Positions 9,223 to 22,086 of a stretch of DNA of 64,000 nt are shown one piece after another. The notes beneath the pieces are model-generated. The model was not told the origin of the DNA, ran no database searches, and saw only the letters and a program-made list of their open reading frames with translations. The stretch is from an uncultured Gemmatimonadales bacterium (lineage in GTDB: Bacteria > Gemmatimonadota > Gemmatimonadetes > Gemmatimonadales > Gemmatimonadaceae). The translations under genes and the position numbers were made by a program. The first letter of the stretch is position 1. Each line of letters begins with the position of its first letter. The stretch lies in the NCBI GenBank assembly GCA_963851265.1, contig CAWKNZ010000007.1, forward strand, positions 672,001 through 736,000, written 5' to 3'.

Positions 9223-9237
9223 TGGCCCGCGCTATGC
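9223..9237 (+). promoter_or_regulatory. Candidate sigma-54 promoter
   Basis: TGGCCC-GCGCT-ATGC has correct GG/GC spacing versus TGGCAC-N5-TTGC and lies 50 nt upstream of the ATG at 9287. Confidence 0.4.
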
Positions 9238-9286
9238 CACTAGCGGTGTCAGCAACCGAACCCGACGCTCCCGAGGATCCCCGACC

Positions 9287-9889
9287 ATGCAGCTCTCGTC
9301 CACCATTCGTTCGACGTCGCGTGTGCGCACCGCGTTCGCGCTGACCGCTCTCACCCTGGCTGCCGCGTGCGGCGGTCAGAGTTCCGATTCCGACCGCGCG
9401 CTGCGCAACGACCTGTCGCTCGCCGGCAAGCCGGGCGCGGCGCAGCAGGTGGTTTCGCCGCAGGAGATGACGCCAGCCGCTCCCGCCGCGGCCGCGCCGG
9501 TTCCCGCCGCGGGCGCCACCGGGGTGCCTGCCACGGCGTTGGCCGCGCCGGCGCCGGCCCCGGCACCTGCGCCCATCATCGATACGGTGTACCGCGACCG
9601 GCCGACGCACACGGCCTCGCACACGCGCGGGCACCACTCCTCGAATGCGGATTCGCGCAGCGGGCATTACAGCAACGGCGACGCGGTGGCGGCCGCGCCG
9701 GCGCCCGTGCCGACGGTACGGAAGAGTCACACGCAGCAGGGCGCGCTGATCGGCGGTGCCGCGGGCGCCGTGCTCGGTGCGGTGACGGGTGGCGGCATCA
9801 AGGGCGGGATCGTCGGAGGCCTCCTGGGCGCCGGCGCGGGCGCGGTGATCGGCAACAACACCGGCGTCAAGCACGTGCCGCAGCAGTAA
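9287..9889 (+). CDS. Lipoprotein with C-terminal glycine zipper (paralog 3)
   Basis: RBS GAGGA; lipobox AAAC; DRALRNDLSLAG; GALIGGAAGAVLG...GGIVGGLLGAGAGAVIG. Confidence 0.8.
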   Translation: MQLSSTIRSTSRVRTAFALTALTLAAACGGQSSDSDRALRNDLSLAGKPGAAQQVVSPQEMTPAAPAAAAPVPAAGATGVPATALAAPAPAPAPAPIIDTVYRDRPTHTASHTRGHHSSNADSRSGHYSNGDAVAAAPAPVPTVRKSHTQQGALIGGAAGAVLGAVTGGGIKGGIVGGLLGAGAGAVIGNNTGVKHVPQQ

Positions 9890-9907
9890 CCGCGGCGAAC
9901 GTGGGCC

Positions 9908-9948
9908 GGCGCGCGCGGGGACAGCCCCGCGCGCGCCGCTCTATTTTT
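9908..9948 (+). terminator. Rho-independent terminator
   Basis: 13-bp stem GGCGCGCGCGGGG-acag-CCCCGCGCGCGCC followed by gctctatttttg. Confidence 0.6.
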
Positions 9949-9955
9949 GTCGCCC

Positions 9956-11032
9956 ATGCCGTCCGCCTCTCGCGTCGCGCACGGGTCCGAGGGCCTCGCG
10001 GACGCCCGCCCCGACGACGCCAGCACCGCCGAACGCCGCGGCAGCCCGCGCCAGCCGTCGGCCGCGCCGCTCATGAGCTTCAGCCGCGCCCAGTGGGCGA
10101 AGCTGCGCGCCAACACGCCGCTCCCCCTGAGCGAAGCCGAGTTGCTCGGACTGCGGGGGCTGAACGAACCGATGTCGGTCGACGAGGTCGGGGAGGTGCT
10201 GCTCCCGCTCACGCGCCTCATCAACCTGTACGTCGTCGCCGCGCGCGAGTTGCTGCAGGTCAGCGACACGTTCCTCGGCCGCCCCTCGCTCGTGCCGCCG
10301 TTCGTGATCGGCGTCGCCGGGAGCGTCGCGGCGGGCAAGAGCACCGTCGCGCGCGTGCTCCGCGCCGTGCTCGCCCGGTGGCCCGCCCACCCGCGCGTGG
10401 ATCTCGTCACCACCGACGGATTTCTCTATCCCAACGCCGTGCTCGAGGCGCGTGGACTGATGCGCCGCAAGGGGTTTCCGGAGAGCTACGACGTCGGCCG
10501 GCTCCTCCGTTTCCTCAGCGAAGTGAAGGCGGGGGCGCCGGCGGTCGAGGCGCCCGTCTACTCCCACCTCGTCTACGACGTCGTCGCGGGCGAGCGCGCG
10601 GTGGTGCACCGCCCCGACATTCTGATCGTCGAGGGGATCAACGTGCTCCAGGCGCCCTCGCGCGCGCCCAACGACGGCGAGGCGCGCCCGCGGCAGGTCG
10701 TGAGCGACTTCTTCGACTTCTCGATCTATGTCGACGCCGCGGAGCCCGACCTGCGGCGGTGGTACGTGAATCGATTCCTCGCCCTGCGGGATACGGCGTT
10801 CCGCGATCCGCAGTCGTACTTCCACCGCTACGCGACGATGAGCACCGACGAGGCGACGGCGACGGCGGAGCGGATCTGGGAGGAGATCAACCTCGTCAAC
10901 CTCGTCGAGAACATCGAGGGGACGCGCGAGCGGGCGAGCGTCGTGCTGCGCAAGGGCCCGACGCACGCGGTGCAGGAGGTGCGGCTGAAGCGCACGGCGT
11001 TGGAGCCGGGCCCGGGGCGGCGGGAGCAGTAG
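9956..11032 (+). CDS. coaA: Type I pantothenate kinase
   Basis: [34 protein letters not shown] and [11 protein letters not shown]. Confidence 0.95.
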   Translation: MPSASRVAHGSEGLADARPDDASTAERRGSPRQPSAAPLMSFSRAQWAKLRANTPLPLSEAELLGLRGLNEPMSVDEVGEVLLPLTRLINLYVVAARELLQVSDTFLGRPSLVPPFVIGVAGSVAAGKSTVARVLRAVLARWPAHPRVDLVTTDGFLYPNAVLEARGLMRRKGFPESYDVGRLLRFLSEVKAGAPAVEAPVYSHLVYDVVAGERAVVHRPDILIVEGINVLQAPSRAPNDGEARPRQVVSDFFDFSIYVDAAEPDLRRWYVNRFLALRDTAFRDPQSYFHRYATMSTDEATATAERIWEEINLVNLVENIEGTRERASVVLRKGPTHAVQEVRLKRTALEPGPGRREQ

Positions 11033-11065
11033 CACCGACCAGTAGCACCGACCGGTAGCGCCGGC
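11027..11065. repeat. Tandem 13-mer CAGTAGCACCGAC x2 plus one degenerate copy, beginning at the coaA stop
   Basis: Units at 11027, 11040 and 11053. Confidence 0.8.
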
Positions 11066-11079
11066 CTCCTACGACGCGA

Positions 11080-11113
11080 TCGGGGCGGCGGGCCACCCGG
11101 CCCGCCGCCCCGA
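11080..11113. terminator. Perfect 15-bp hairpin between convergent coaA and acnA
   Basis: TCGGGGCGGCGGGCC-accc-GGCCCGCCGCCCCGA. Confidence 0.65.
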
Positions 11114-11140
11114 CGTATGTGCCCGCGGCCCCGCGGCCGG

Positions 11141-13939
<2,799 letters not shown>

Positions 13940-14087
13940 GCGTAGCCCGGTGTCCGCGGCCGGCGGGTCCCTGCCCGCGTCGGGGCCGCGATGTTCTGGA
14001 CGGAGCCGCTGCGCGCACGTCGGAGGGCGCGCAGGCTACGTCAATGTATACGCCGTCTCCGGAGCGCCCGGGGTCGCCCGCGCCGAC

Positions 14088-15626
14088 CTACGGGTCGCGC
14101 GCGTCGGCGCTGTCAGGAGTCGCGCGCGGAAAAAAGAGGTGGAACGCCGTTCCCTCGCCCGCCAGGCTCTCGACCTCCACCCGCCCCCCCACGCCCGTGA
14201 CCACCCCGTACACGGTCGCGAGCCCCAGTCCGTATCCGTCGACCTTCGTCGTGAAGAACGGCTCGAAGAGGTGCGGGCGCACGTCGGGCGGAATGCCCAC
14301 GCCCGTGTCGCGCACGCTGAGCCGCACCTCGCCGTCGAGCGGGGCGGTCTCGACCGTGACCGTGCCGCCGTGCGGCAGCGCGTCGCGCGCGTTGGTCACG
14401 AGGTTGAGCAGCACCTGCTCCATCTGCGCCGGGTCCGCGGCCACCACGCCGGCGTCGGCGGCCAGCGCGGCTATCAAGGTCACGCGGGGCCCGGCGATCC
14501 GCCGCAGCAGGTCGGTCATGTTCTGCACGACCTCGTTCACCGCAACGGCGGTCCGGCGCGACTCCTGGTGCCGCGCGAACGTGAGCAGCTGCCGCGTGAG
14601 CGCGCGGCCCCGTCGCGCGGCGTCGGCCGCGTCGGCGAGATCCTCGTGCAGCGGGCTGTCGGGCGGGGTCGCCGCCGCGGCGGACTCGACCGCCATGAGC
14701 ATGACGCCGAGCAGGTTGTTGAAGTCGTGCGCCACGCCCGCCGCGAGGCGGCCGAGCGACTCCATCCGTTGCGCGCGGAGTCGCTCGGCGTCCGCCTGGC
14801 GGCGCTGGGTGACGTCGCGCCCGAAGCAGTGCACCGCGGGGCGTCCGTTGAGGCGCACGGCGGTCGACACGCCTTCGACGTCCACCCGCCGCCCGTCGGG
14901 CCAGCGGAAGCGGACGTCGTACGCGCGCACCGCGCCCTCGGGGCCCGCCTCGAGCTCCTCGAACATGCCGGCGTACGCCGCCTGGTCCTCCGGGTCGACG
15001 AACTCGGTCAGCGCGTGCCCTTCCACGTCGGCGGGCGTGAAGCCCGGTCCACGCATCGCCGCGCCCGCCGGGTTGATGAACTCGTACCGTCCGCCCACGC
15101 ACACGGCGACGCACTCCGGCAACCGTTCGACGAGCACGTGGTAGATCGTCTCGCCCTCGCGCAGTTTCTGCTCGGCCGCGCGGGCGTCCGTGACGTCCTG
15201 CGAGGTGGCGAAGACGCCGGCGACGACGCCGTCAACGACCACGGGCATCATGATCTCGCGCAGGTGCACCAGGCGGCCGTCGCGGTGTCGCATCACGCAC
15301 TCGCAGACGGACGCGCGACCGGCCATCGCCTCGCCGAACGAGTGCAGCGCCAGGCCGCGCGACTCGGGCGCCTCGAACTCCGTGATCGAACGGCCGCGCA
15401 CCTCCTCCAGGGTGTAGCCCAGCACGTCCGTCAGCCGCGCGTTCGCGCGCCGCACGGTGCCGTCGACGTCGAACTCCCACACGAGCTCGGGATTCCCGAC
15501 GAACAGCGCGGCGTCGAGCGCGGCGAGGTACGCGGCGTCCGCCGCCGCCGCAGCCGCCCCGTGCTCCCCGGGACTCGCCTGGAGAACCGCCCCGTCCGCG
15601 TCCGGCCCGGCGTCCATCTCCCGCAT
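14088..15626 (-). CDS. Cytoplasmic PAS-PAS sensor histidine kinase without a receiver domain
   Basis: RBS GGGAGG before ATG 15626; two PAS/PAC domains; H-box GVAHDFNNLL; NLVTNARDA, DTGVGI, FEPFFTTK and GLGLA. Confidence 0.9.
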   Translation of the reverse strand: MREMDAGPDADGAVLQASPGEHGAAAAAADAAYLAALDAALFVGNPELVWEFDVDGTVRRANARLTDVLGYTLEEVRGRSITEFEAPESRGLALHSFGEAMAGRASVCECVMRHRDGRLVHLREIMMPVVVDGVVAGVFATSQDVTDARAAEQKLREGETIYHVLVERLPECVAVCVGGRYEFINPAGAAMRGPGFTPADVEGHALTEFVDPEDQAAYAGMFEELEAGPEGAVRAYDVRFRWPDGRRVDVEGVSTAVRLNGRPAVHCFGRDVTQRRQADAERLRAQRMESLGRLAAGVAHDFNNLLGVMLMAVESAAAATPPDSPLHEDLADAADAARRGRALTRQLLTFARHQESRRTAVAVNEVVQNMTDLLRRIAGPRVTLIAALAADAGVVAADPAQMEQVLLNLVTNARDALPHGGTVTVETAPLDGEVRLSVRDTGVGIPPDVRPHLFEPFFTTKVDGYGLGLATVYGVVTGVGGRVEVESLAGEGTAFHLFFPRATPDSADARDP

Positions 15627-15839
15627 GGTTCCTCCCGACGTGAGGCGGCACGACTCTCGCCCGTGCCGGCCGACTGCGCGCTGAAATGTCTGCTTCTCGT
15701 ACAAAAATCGTGATGCCCGACCAACGACCCGACGTGACACCCAACCATCATACGCCCGCCCGATCCCGGCCGCTGGCCCGGCGCGGGGCGCAGCGCGTCG
15801 CCAGCGCCCGCGTGCCGACCGCCGCCGCGGGTGTGCTCC

Positions 15840-16916
15840 ATGCCTAATGCCGCACACGGCGCGCCACACGCGCCCGAGTTAGACGTCGTGGACGTCGCTT
15901 TGCGTCTATTACGCGCCGAATCGACGAGCGGCGCGGAGGCGCCGGCGGTGGACGCGACCGAGGCGATGCTGCGCGAACGCGGGTGGCGCGTCACGCGCAT
16001 TCCCGTGAGCGAAGGCCGTGACGATATCTTCACGGAAGCGGACGACTTGCCGGCGGAGGTCGTGCTCTCGACACACCTCGACACGGTGCCGCCGTACATC
16101 CCGCCGCGCCTCGACGGCGGGCGGCTCTGGGGCCGCGGGGCGTGCGACGCGAAGGGCATCGCCGCGGCGATGATCTGCGCGGCCGAGCGGCTGCGCGCTG
16201 CCGGCGTTCCGGTCGGGCTGTTGTTCGTCGTCGGCGAGGAAACCGCACACGACGGCGCGCACGCGGCCGACTCGGCGCGCGCCGTCGTGGCGCCCCGCGC
16301 GCGCGCGCTCGTCAACGGCGAACCCACCGAGAGCACGCTCGCGACCGGGACCAAGGGCGCGCTGCGCTTCCGCCTGCGTACGATCGGGCGCGCGGCGCAC
16401 TCGGCCTACCCGCACCTCGGCGACTCCGCCACGCAGCGGCTCGCGCACCTGCTCGTCGAGCTCGAGGGCCTTCGCCTCCCGCACGACGCCGTGCTCGGCG
16501 CCACGACGGTGAACGTCGGCGGACTCGCGGGCGGCGTGGCAGACAACGTCATCGCGCCGTGGGCCGAGGCGCGCTGCATGGCGCGCCTGGTCACCGACGC
16601 CGACGAGGTGCGTGCCGCGCTGGACGCGTGGGTCGCGCCGCACGTCGAGGCGGGCCGCGTCGAGCTCGGCTACGGCAGCATGGTGCCGCCGGTGCGCCTC
16701 GCCACGGTACCGGGATTTCGCACCGGCGTCGTCGCCTTCGCGACGGACATCCCGGCGATGCCGAGCTGGGGCACCCCGTACCTGTTCGGGCCGGGGTCGA
16801 TCCACGTCGCGCACACCGACGGCGAGTACGTCGACGTGGACGAACTGCGCGCGGCGGTGGACGCGTACGTGCGGATCGCCGAAGCGGCGCTCGCCGCGTC
16901 GGCGGCTACCGGATGA
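15840..16916 (+). CDS. M20 family metallopeptidase / acetylornithine deacetylase-like
   Basis: STHLDTV, GRGACDAKG, VGEE, NGEPT, AHSAYP and HVAHTDGEYV. Confidence 0.88.
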   Translation: MPNAAHGAPHAPELDVVDVALRLLRAESTSGAEAPAVDATEAMLRERGWRVTRIPVSEGRDDIFTEADDLPAEVVLSTHLDTVPPYIPPRLDGGRLWGRGACDAKGIAAAMICAAERLRAAGVPVGLLFVVGEETAHDGAHAADSARAVVAPRARALVNGEPTESTLATGTKGALRFRLRTIGRAAHSAYPHLGDSATQRLAHLLVELEGLRLPHDAVLGATTVNVGGLAGGVADNVIAPWAEARCMARLVTDADEVRAALDAWVAPHVEAGRVELGYGSMVPPVRLATVPGFRTGVVAFATDIPAMPSWGTPYLFGPGSIHVAHTDGEYVDVDELRAAVDAYVRIAEAALAASAATG

Positions 16917-17358
16917 ACTGGTAGAGCCCGACGAGCCCGACCACCGCGCCGCCGATGGCGAGCGCGGTGCCGCCGGAGCCGCCGATCACGGCGCCGAGTA
17001 CGAGCGCGACGCCGCCGACGACCATGAGGGCGACCGGGCGGCCGGCGCGCGGGCCGTTCACCGGGACAGCGGTGGCCGAGACGTCGGCAGCCGACGTCGT
17101 GCGCGTCGCGCCGACGCGCGCGCCGTCGAGCGTTGGACCGGCTGGCGCCGTCGTCGTGGACGCGGGCAGAGCGGGCGCGGCGGTGCCGGCCGCGGCAGTA
17201 CCGGACGCGGCGGCGGTGGAGATCGAGGCGGCGGGGCTCGACACGGAATCGGCGGCCGTCTGGCCGAGCGCGAGGCGCGGCGCGAGAAGGGCAGTGGCGA
17301 AGGCGAGCGCGGCGGCCGCGACCTGGGCGGCGCGGCGCTGGGCTGTGCGACGTGGCAT
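16906..17358 (-). CDS. Secreted Ala-rich hypothetical protein with a C-terminal Gly-rich TM hairpin
   Basis: Signal peptide; [41 protein letters not shown]. Confidence 0.7.
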   Translation of the reverse strand: MPRRTAQRRAAQVAAAALAFATALLAPRLALGQTAADSVSSPAASISTAAASGTAAAGTAAPALPASTTTAPAGPTLDGARVGATRTTSAADVSATAVPVNGPRAGRPVALMVVGGVALVLGAVIGGSGGTALAIGGAVVGLVGLYQFIR

Positions 17359-17618
17359 CGAATCAGGGTGAGGGTGCGGGGTGGGGTGGGCGGAAACGCG
17401 TCGGAAAGAACCGGGCCAGGGGGGATCCCGGAACCCCGCGGCCGGAACGGCACCGCGTACCGCGGTATTACTTACCCACGCCACGACACACGCCGAGCCG
17501 CCGGCCGGGGCTGCCCCTGGACGGAGGGGGCGACCCGCGCACGACGGCGCAGACGGCGTCGTTGCACTCCCGCTTGCCCCGCTGCCGCACGTTCCACTCT
17601 TCCACGTTCGAGGGCCGC

Positions 17619-19205
17619 ATGTCTGCCACGATCGATCCGACCACCACCGGGACCGCGGGCGCCGACGACGCCGTCCGCCACGCGACGCTTCCCGACGGCG
17701 CGCGCAAGTACGCGATCAGCATCCCGATCAAGGCGCGCTACGACAACTGGATCGGTGGGACGTACGTGCCGCCGGCGAAGGGGCAGTACTTCGGCAACCC
17801 CTCGCCGATCACGGGCCAGCACCTGTGCGACGTGGCCCGCTCGACGGCGGAGGACGTGGAGCGCGCGCTCGACGCGGCGCACGCGGCCGCGCCCGCGTGG
17901 GGCCGGACGTCGCCGGCGGAGCGCGCGAACATGCTGAACAAGATCGCCGACCGGGTGGAGCAGAACCTCGAGGCGCTCGCCGTGATCGAGACGATCGACA
18001 ACGGGAAGCCGGTGCGCGAGACGGTGAACGCCGACCTCGCGCTCGTCGTGGACCACTTCCGCTACTTCGCCGGGTGCATCCGCGCGCAGGAGGGCGGGCT
18101 GTCGCAGCTGGACGACGACACGGTGGCCTACCACTTCCGCGAGCCGTTAGGCGTGGTCGCGCAGATCATCCCGTGGAACTTCCCGCTGCTGATGGCGACG
18201 TGGAAGCTCGCGCCCGCGCTCGCCGCGGGGAACGCGGTGGTGATCAAGCCGGCCGAGCAGACGCCGGTGAGCATCATGGCGTTCGTCGAACTGATGGCCG
18301 ACCTGATTCCGGCGGGCGTGGTGAACGTGGTGCAGGGCTTCGGGGTCGAGGCCGGCAAGCCGCTCGCGTCGAGCAACCGGGTGGCCAAGGTGGCGTTCAC
18401 GGGCGAGACGACGACGGGGCGCCTCATCATGCAGTACGCCTCGGAGAACCTGATCCCGGTCACGCTGGAGCTGGGCGGCAAGTCGCCCAACATCTTCTTC
18501 AGCGACGTGATGCGCGAGGACGACGACTACTTCGACAAGGCGCTCGAGGGGTTCGCCATGTTCGCGCTGAACCAGGGCGAGGTGTGCACCTGCCCGAGCC
18601 GCGCGCTCGTGCAGGAGGACATCTACGACCGGTTCATGGAGCGCGCGCTCGCGCGCGTGGGCAAGATGGTGCAGGGGCACCCGCTCGACCCGACGACGAT
18701 GGTCGGCGCGCAGGCGAGCAACGACCAGCTCGAGAAGATCCTCAGCTACTTCGACATCGGCCGCAAGGAAGGGGCGAAGGTCCTGATCGGCGGCGACCGC
18801 GCGACGCTCGGCGGCGAGCTGGCCGAGGGCTACTACGTGCAGCCGACCGTCTTCGAGGGACACAACAAGATGCGGGTGTTCCAGGAGGAGATCTTCGGGC
18901 CGGTGGTGTCGGTGACCACGTTCAAGACCGCCGACGAGGCGCTCGAGCTCGCGAACGACACGCTGTACGGGTTGGGCGCGGGCGTGTGGTCGCGCGACGG
19001 CAACACGGCGTACCGCATGGGACGCGGCATCAAGGCGGGGCGCGTGTGGACCAACTGCTACCACCTGTACCCGGCGCACGCGGCGTTCGGCGGCTACAAG
19101 CAGAGCGGTGTGGGGCGCGAGAACCACGCGATGATGCTCGACCACTACCAGCAGACGAAGAACCTGCTCGTCAGCTACAGCCCGAAGGCGCTCGGGTTCT
19201 TCTGA
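17619..19205 (+). CDS. NAD-dependent acetaldehyde dehydrogenase (ExaC/AcoD/AldB-type)
   Basis: [41 protein letters not shown] and NLLVSYS..LGFF. Confidence 0.93.
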   Translation: MSATIDPTTTGTAGADDAVRHATLPDGARKYAISIPIKARYDNWIGGTYVPPAKGQYFGNPSPITGQHLCDVARSTAEDVERALDAAHAAAPAWGRTSPAERANMLNKIADRVEQNLEALAVIETIDNGKPVRETVNADLALVVDHFRYFAGCIRAQEGGLSQLDDDTVAYHFREPLGVVAQIIPWNFPLLMATWKLAPALAAGNAVVIKPAEQTPVSIMAFVELMADLIPAGVVNVVQGFGVEAGKPLASSNRVAKVAFTGETTTGRLIMQYASENLIPVTLELGGKSPNIFFSDVMREDDDYFDKALEGFAMFALNQGEVCTCPSRALVQEDIYDRFMERALARVGKMVQGHPLDPTTMVGAQASNDQLEKILSYFDIGRKEGAKVLIGGDRATLGGELAEGYYVQPTVFEGHNKMRVFQEEIFGPVVSVTTFKTADEALELANDTLYGLGAGVWSRDGNTAYRMGRGIKAGRVWTNCYHLYPAHAAFGGYKQSGVGRENHAMMLDHYQQTKNLLVSYSPKALGFF

Positions 19206-19207
19206 GG

Positions 19208-19621
19208 ATGACGGCCCCGACCCGCGTCGACGTCACGCCGGCCGCGGCCGCGCTGGTGGAAAAGCTCGCGGCCCAACACGGGCCGCTGCTCTTCCACCAG
19301 AGCGGCGGGTGCTGCGACGGCAGCGCGCCGATGTGCTTCCCGCGCGGCGAGTTCCGCGTGGGCCAGCGCGACGTGTACCTCGGCACGATCGCCGGGGCGC
19401 CGTTCTACATCGGCGACCAGCAGTACGAGTACTGGAAGCACACGCACCTCACGATCGACGTCGTGCCCGGACGCGGGAGCGGGTTCTCGGTCGAGGCGCC
19501 CGAGGGGATGCGGTTCCTCACGCGGTCGCGCCTGTTCGAGGACGCGGAGTGGGCGGCACTCGAGGCCGCGGGGCCGGTCGCCCGCGGTCCCCAGTCCGCG
19601 GGTCCCGACGCCGCGGAGTGA
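19208..19621 (+). CDS. DUF779 family protein
   Basis: HGPLLFHQSGGCCDGSAPMC and GRGSGFSVEAPEG.RFLTRS; typical neighbour of this ALDH. Confidence 0.92.
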   Translation: MTAPTRVDVTPAAAALVEKLAAQHGPLLFHQSGGCCDGSAPMCFPRGEFRVGQRDVYLGTIAGAPFYIGDQQYEYWKHTHLTIDVVPGRGSGFSVEAPEGMRFLTRSRLFEDAEWAALEAAGPVARGPQSAGPDAAE

Positions 19622-21975
19622 GCACGCGCGTCGGCGTACCGCGTCTCGTGGCGCCGCTGGTTGGGCTGTTGGGTGCGGCGGCCGGCGCGCAGGTCCCGGG
19701 CGCGCCCGCGCCACACGCCGCGGCGCGCGACACCGCGACACGTGACTCTGCCACACGTCACGCCGCGGTCCGTGACACGAGCGCGCGGCACGCGCCGGCG
19801 CGGCTCTCGCCCGTGGTCGTCGTCGCCGGGCGCCTGACGCGACCGGCCGGCGGGGCCGGGGCGGCCGCGCGCGTTGACGAGGCCGGGCCCGACGCGCGCA
19901 CGGCCGCGCGGCCGCCGGTGGGCGGGCCTGCGCCCGCGGCCGCCCTGCTGGCGCGCCTGCCCGGCGTGAGCAGCTTCGACGACCAGGGCACGCGCGCGCA
20001 GCCCACCCTCGACGTGCGCGGGTTCACGCTGTCGCCGGTGGTGGGCGTTGGGCAGGGGGTGAGCGTGTTCCTCGACGGCGTGCGCGTGAACGAGGCGGAC
20101 GCGCAGGAGGTGAACTTCGACCTGCTGCCGGCCGAGGCGGTGCGCGGGGCCGAACTCGTGCGCGGGCCGTCGGCGCTGTACGGCAAGAACACGTTAGGCG
20201 GTGCGCTCGTGCTCACGACGCGCCGCGGCGGCGACGGCGGCCCCGCGCTCGACGCCGGTGCGGACGCCGGCGCGTTCGGGCAGCGGGGGGTGCGGTTCGC
20301 GGCGTCGGGCGCGCGCCCGTTGGGCGCGCCGGCCGTGGGCGGCGCGGCCGTCGACGGCTACGTGCTCGCGCGGTCGTCGCGGGAGGACGGGTGGCGCGAC
20401 GCGACCGCGGCGCGGCGGCAGCTGCTGTTCGCGACGGGGGGGCGGCGCGACGCCTCGGGCGACGTCGCGCTCTCGGTGCTCGCGGCCCGCGACTCGCTGG
20501 GCCAGGCCGGCTCGCTGCCCGAGAGCTGGCTCGCCGCGGGGGGCGACGCGGCACGGCGCGCCAACTACACGCCCGGCGACTGGTACGCGCCGACCACCCT
20601 CGAAGTCGCCCTGCGCGGCCGGCGGCGGGTGGGCGCCCCCGACGCGTCCGCGTCCGAGGTGCGCGGCACGCTGTTCGTGCGTGACACCCGGAGCGGGCAG
20701 TTCAACGTGAACGCGGACGCGCCGAGTACGCTGGCGCGGGTGGTCGCGGCCAGCGCGGGCGGGACGGTCGAGGGGGAGCGGCGGACCCGCCTGTTGGGCA
20801 CCCCACTCGTCGCGATCGTGGGGGGCGAGGTCTCGCGCGACGCCGTGCGCTACCGCGTGTTCGAGCGCGCGTCGGGGCCGTCGCGGTCGGCGCAGCCCGA
20901 CGACGCGTGCGCGCCGGCCGCGTCGTCGGGCGGCGACGCGCTCTGCGAGGACGCGACGGCGAACGCGCTCAACGGGGCGGCGTTCGCGCAGGGAGTGCTG
21001 GCGCCGGGCGGGCGCGTCTCGCTCGTCGCGAGTTTGCGCGCCGACTGGGTGCGGGTGCCGTTCGTCGACCGCCAGACCCCGGCGAACTCGGGCACGAGCG
21101 CGTTCCGGCAGCTCTCGCCGCGCGTGGGCGTGACCGTGACGCCGGCGCCCGCCTGGCGCGCGTACGCGACCGTCGGGACGGGATTCCGCGCGCCGGCGGC
21201 GGTCGAGCTCGCCTGCGCCGACCCGTCGAGCCCCTGCCCGCTCCCGTTCTCGTTAGGCGACGACCCGCCGCTGCGGCCCGTCCGCGTGCGCAACGCGGAG
21301 GCGGGCGCGGACTGGACGCCCGCGCCGCTCGTCGCGTTCACGGCGAGCGCGTTCCGCGCCGACGTGCGCGACGAGATCCTGCTCGTCGCGAGCGAACGCA
21401 CCGCGGGGTACTTCACGAACTTCCCGCGCACGCGCCGCGCGGGGCTGGAGCTGACGGCGCGCGCCGGGCCGGCGCCCGGGGGACGCGCCGGCGGCGTGTC
21501 GGCGTTCGCGTCGTGGGCCCTCGTGCGCGCGACCTACGAGGCCGACGGGCTGCTAGCGTCGGCGCGCGCGACGCCGGACTCGGTGCACCCCGGCGACCGG
21601 CTGCCTCTCACGCCCGAGACGCGTGCGACGGCCGGGGTGCGCGCGGAAGGGCGCGCCGGGGGGGTTGCGTTAGGCGCGGAACTGTCGGCGTCGGCCGTCG
21701 GGCCGCAGCGCATGCGCGGCGACGAGGGCGGGGCCGGGGCGCCGCTGCCGGGCTACGCGCTCACCGCGCTCGGCCTCAGCGCGGCGCGCGGCCGGGTGCG
21801 GGCCGACGTGTCGGTGTGCAACCTGTTCGACCGGCGGTACGTGACGTTCGGGACGTGGGCACCGAACGCGCTCGCCCCGGACCGGCAGCGGCTCGTGGGT
21901 GGGGAACGGGTGGAGCGCTTTCTCACACCCGGGTACCCGCGCGCCGTGGCGATCGGCGTGAGCGTGGCCCGGTAG
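19618..21975 (+). CDS. TonB-dependent outer-membrane receptor
   Basis: GTGA overlap with DUF779; plug RGFTLSP...DGVRVNE...YGKNTLGGAL; GFRAP, NLFDRRY and a terminal beta-strand. Confidence 0.88.
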   Translation: MSTRVGVPRLVAPLVGLLGAAAGAQVPGAPAPHAAARDTATRDSATRHAAVRDTSARHAPARLSPVVVVAGRLTRPAGGAGAAARVDEAGPDARTAARPPVGGPAPAAALLARLPGVSSFDDQGTRAQPTLDVRGFTLSPVVGVGQGVSVFLDGVRVNEADAQEVNFDLLPAEAVRGAELVRGPSALYGKNTLGGALVLTTRRGGDGGPALDAGADAGAFGQRGVRFAASGARPLGAPAVGGAAVDGYVLARSSREDGWRDATAARRQLLFATGGRRDASGDVALSVLAARDSLGQAGSLPESWLAAGGDAARRANYTPGDWYAPTTLEVALRGRRRVGAPDASASEVRGTLFVRDTRSGQFNVNADAPSTLARVVAASAGGTVEGERRTRLLGTPLVAIVGGEVSRDAVRYRVFERASGPSRSAQPDDACAPAASSGGDALCEDATANALNGAAFAQGVLAPGGRVSLVASLRADWVRVPFVDRQTPANSGTSAFRQLSPRVGVTVTPAPAWRAYATVGTGFRAPAAVELACADPSSPCPLPFSLGDDPPLRPVRVRNAEAGADWTPAPLVAFTASAFRADVRDEILLVASERTAGYFTNFPRTRRAGLELTARAGPAPGGRAGGVSAFASWALVRATYEADGLLASARATPDSVHPGDRLPLTPETRATAGVRAEGRAGGVALGAELSASAVGPQRMRGDEGGAGAPLPGYALTALGLSAARGRVRADVSVCNLFDRRYVTFGTWAPNALAPDRQRLVGGERVERFLTPGYPRAVAIGVSVAR

Positions 21976-22086
21976 GGCGGGGGTTCCAGTACGGGGGCGG
22001 CTGCCGGGACGGCGCCGCGCGTGCTTTACCTTGTACGCGTCGCACCGAATGCCCGGTGCCCGCCGCTTCTGCCTCTCGCCTCACGC

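Noticed and set aside
6908..9874. 988-aa fusion ORF
   Set aside because: Only the last ~450 aa are glycerate kinase; the rest overlaps the DUF4142 gene and the antisense of a lipoprotein gene.
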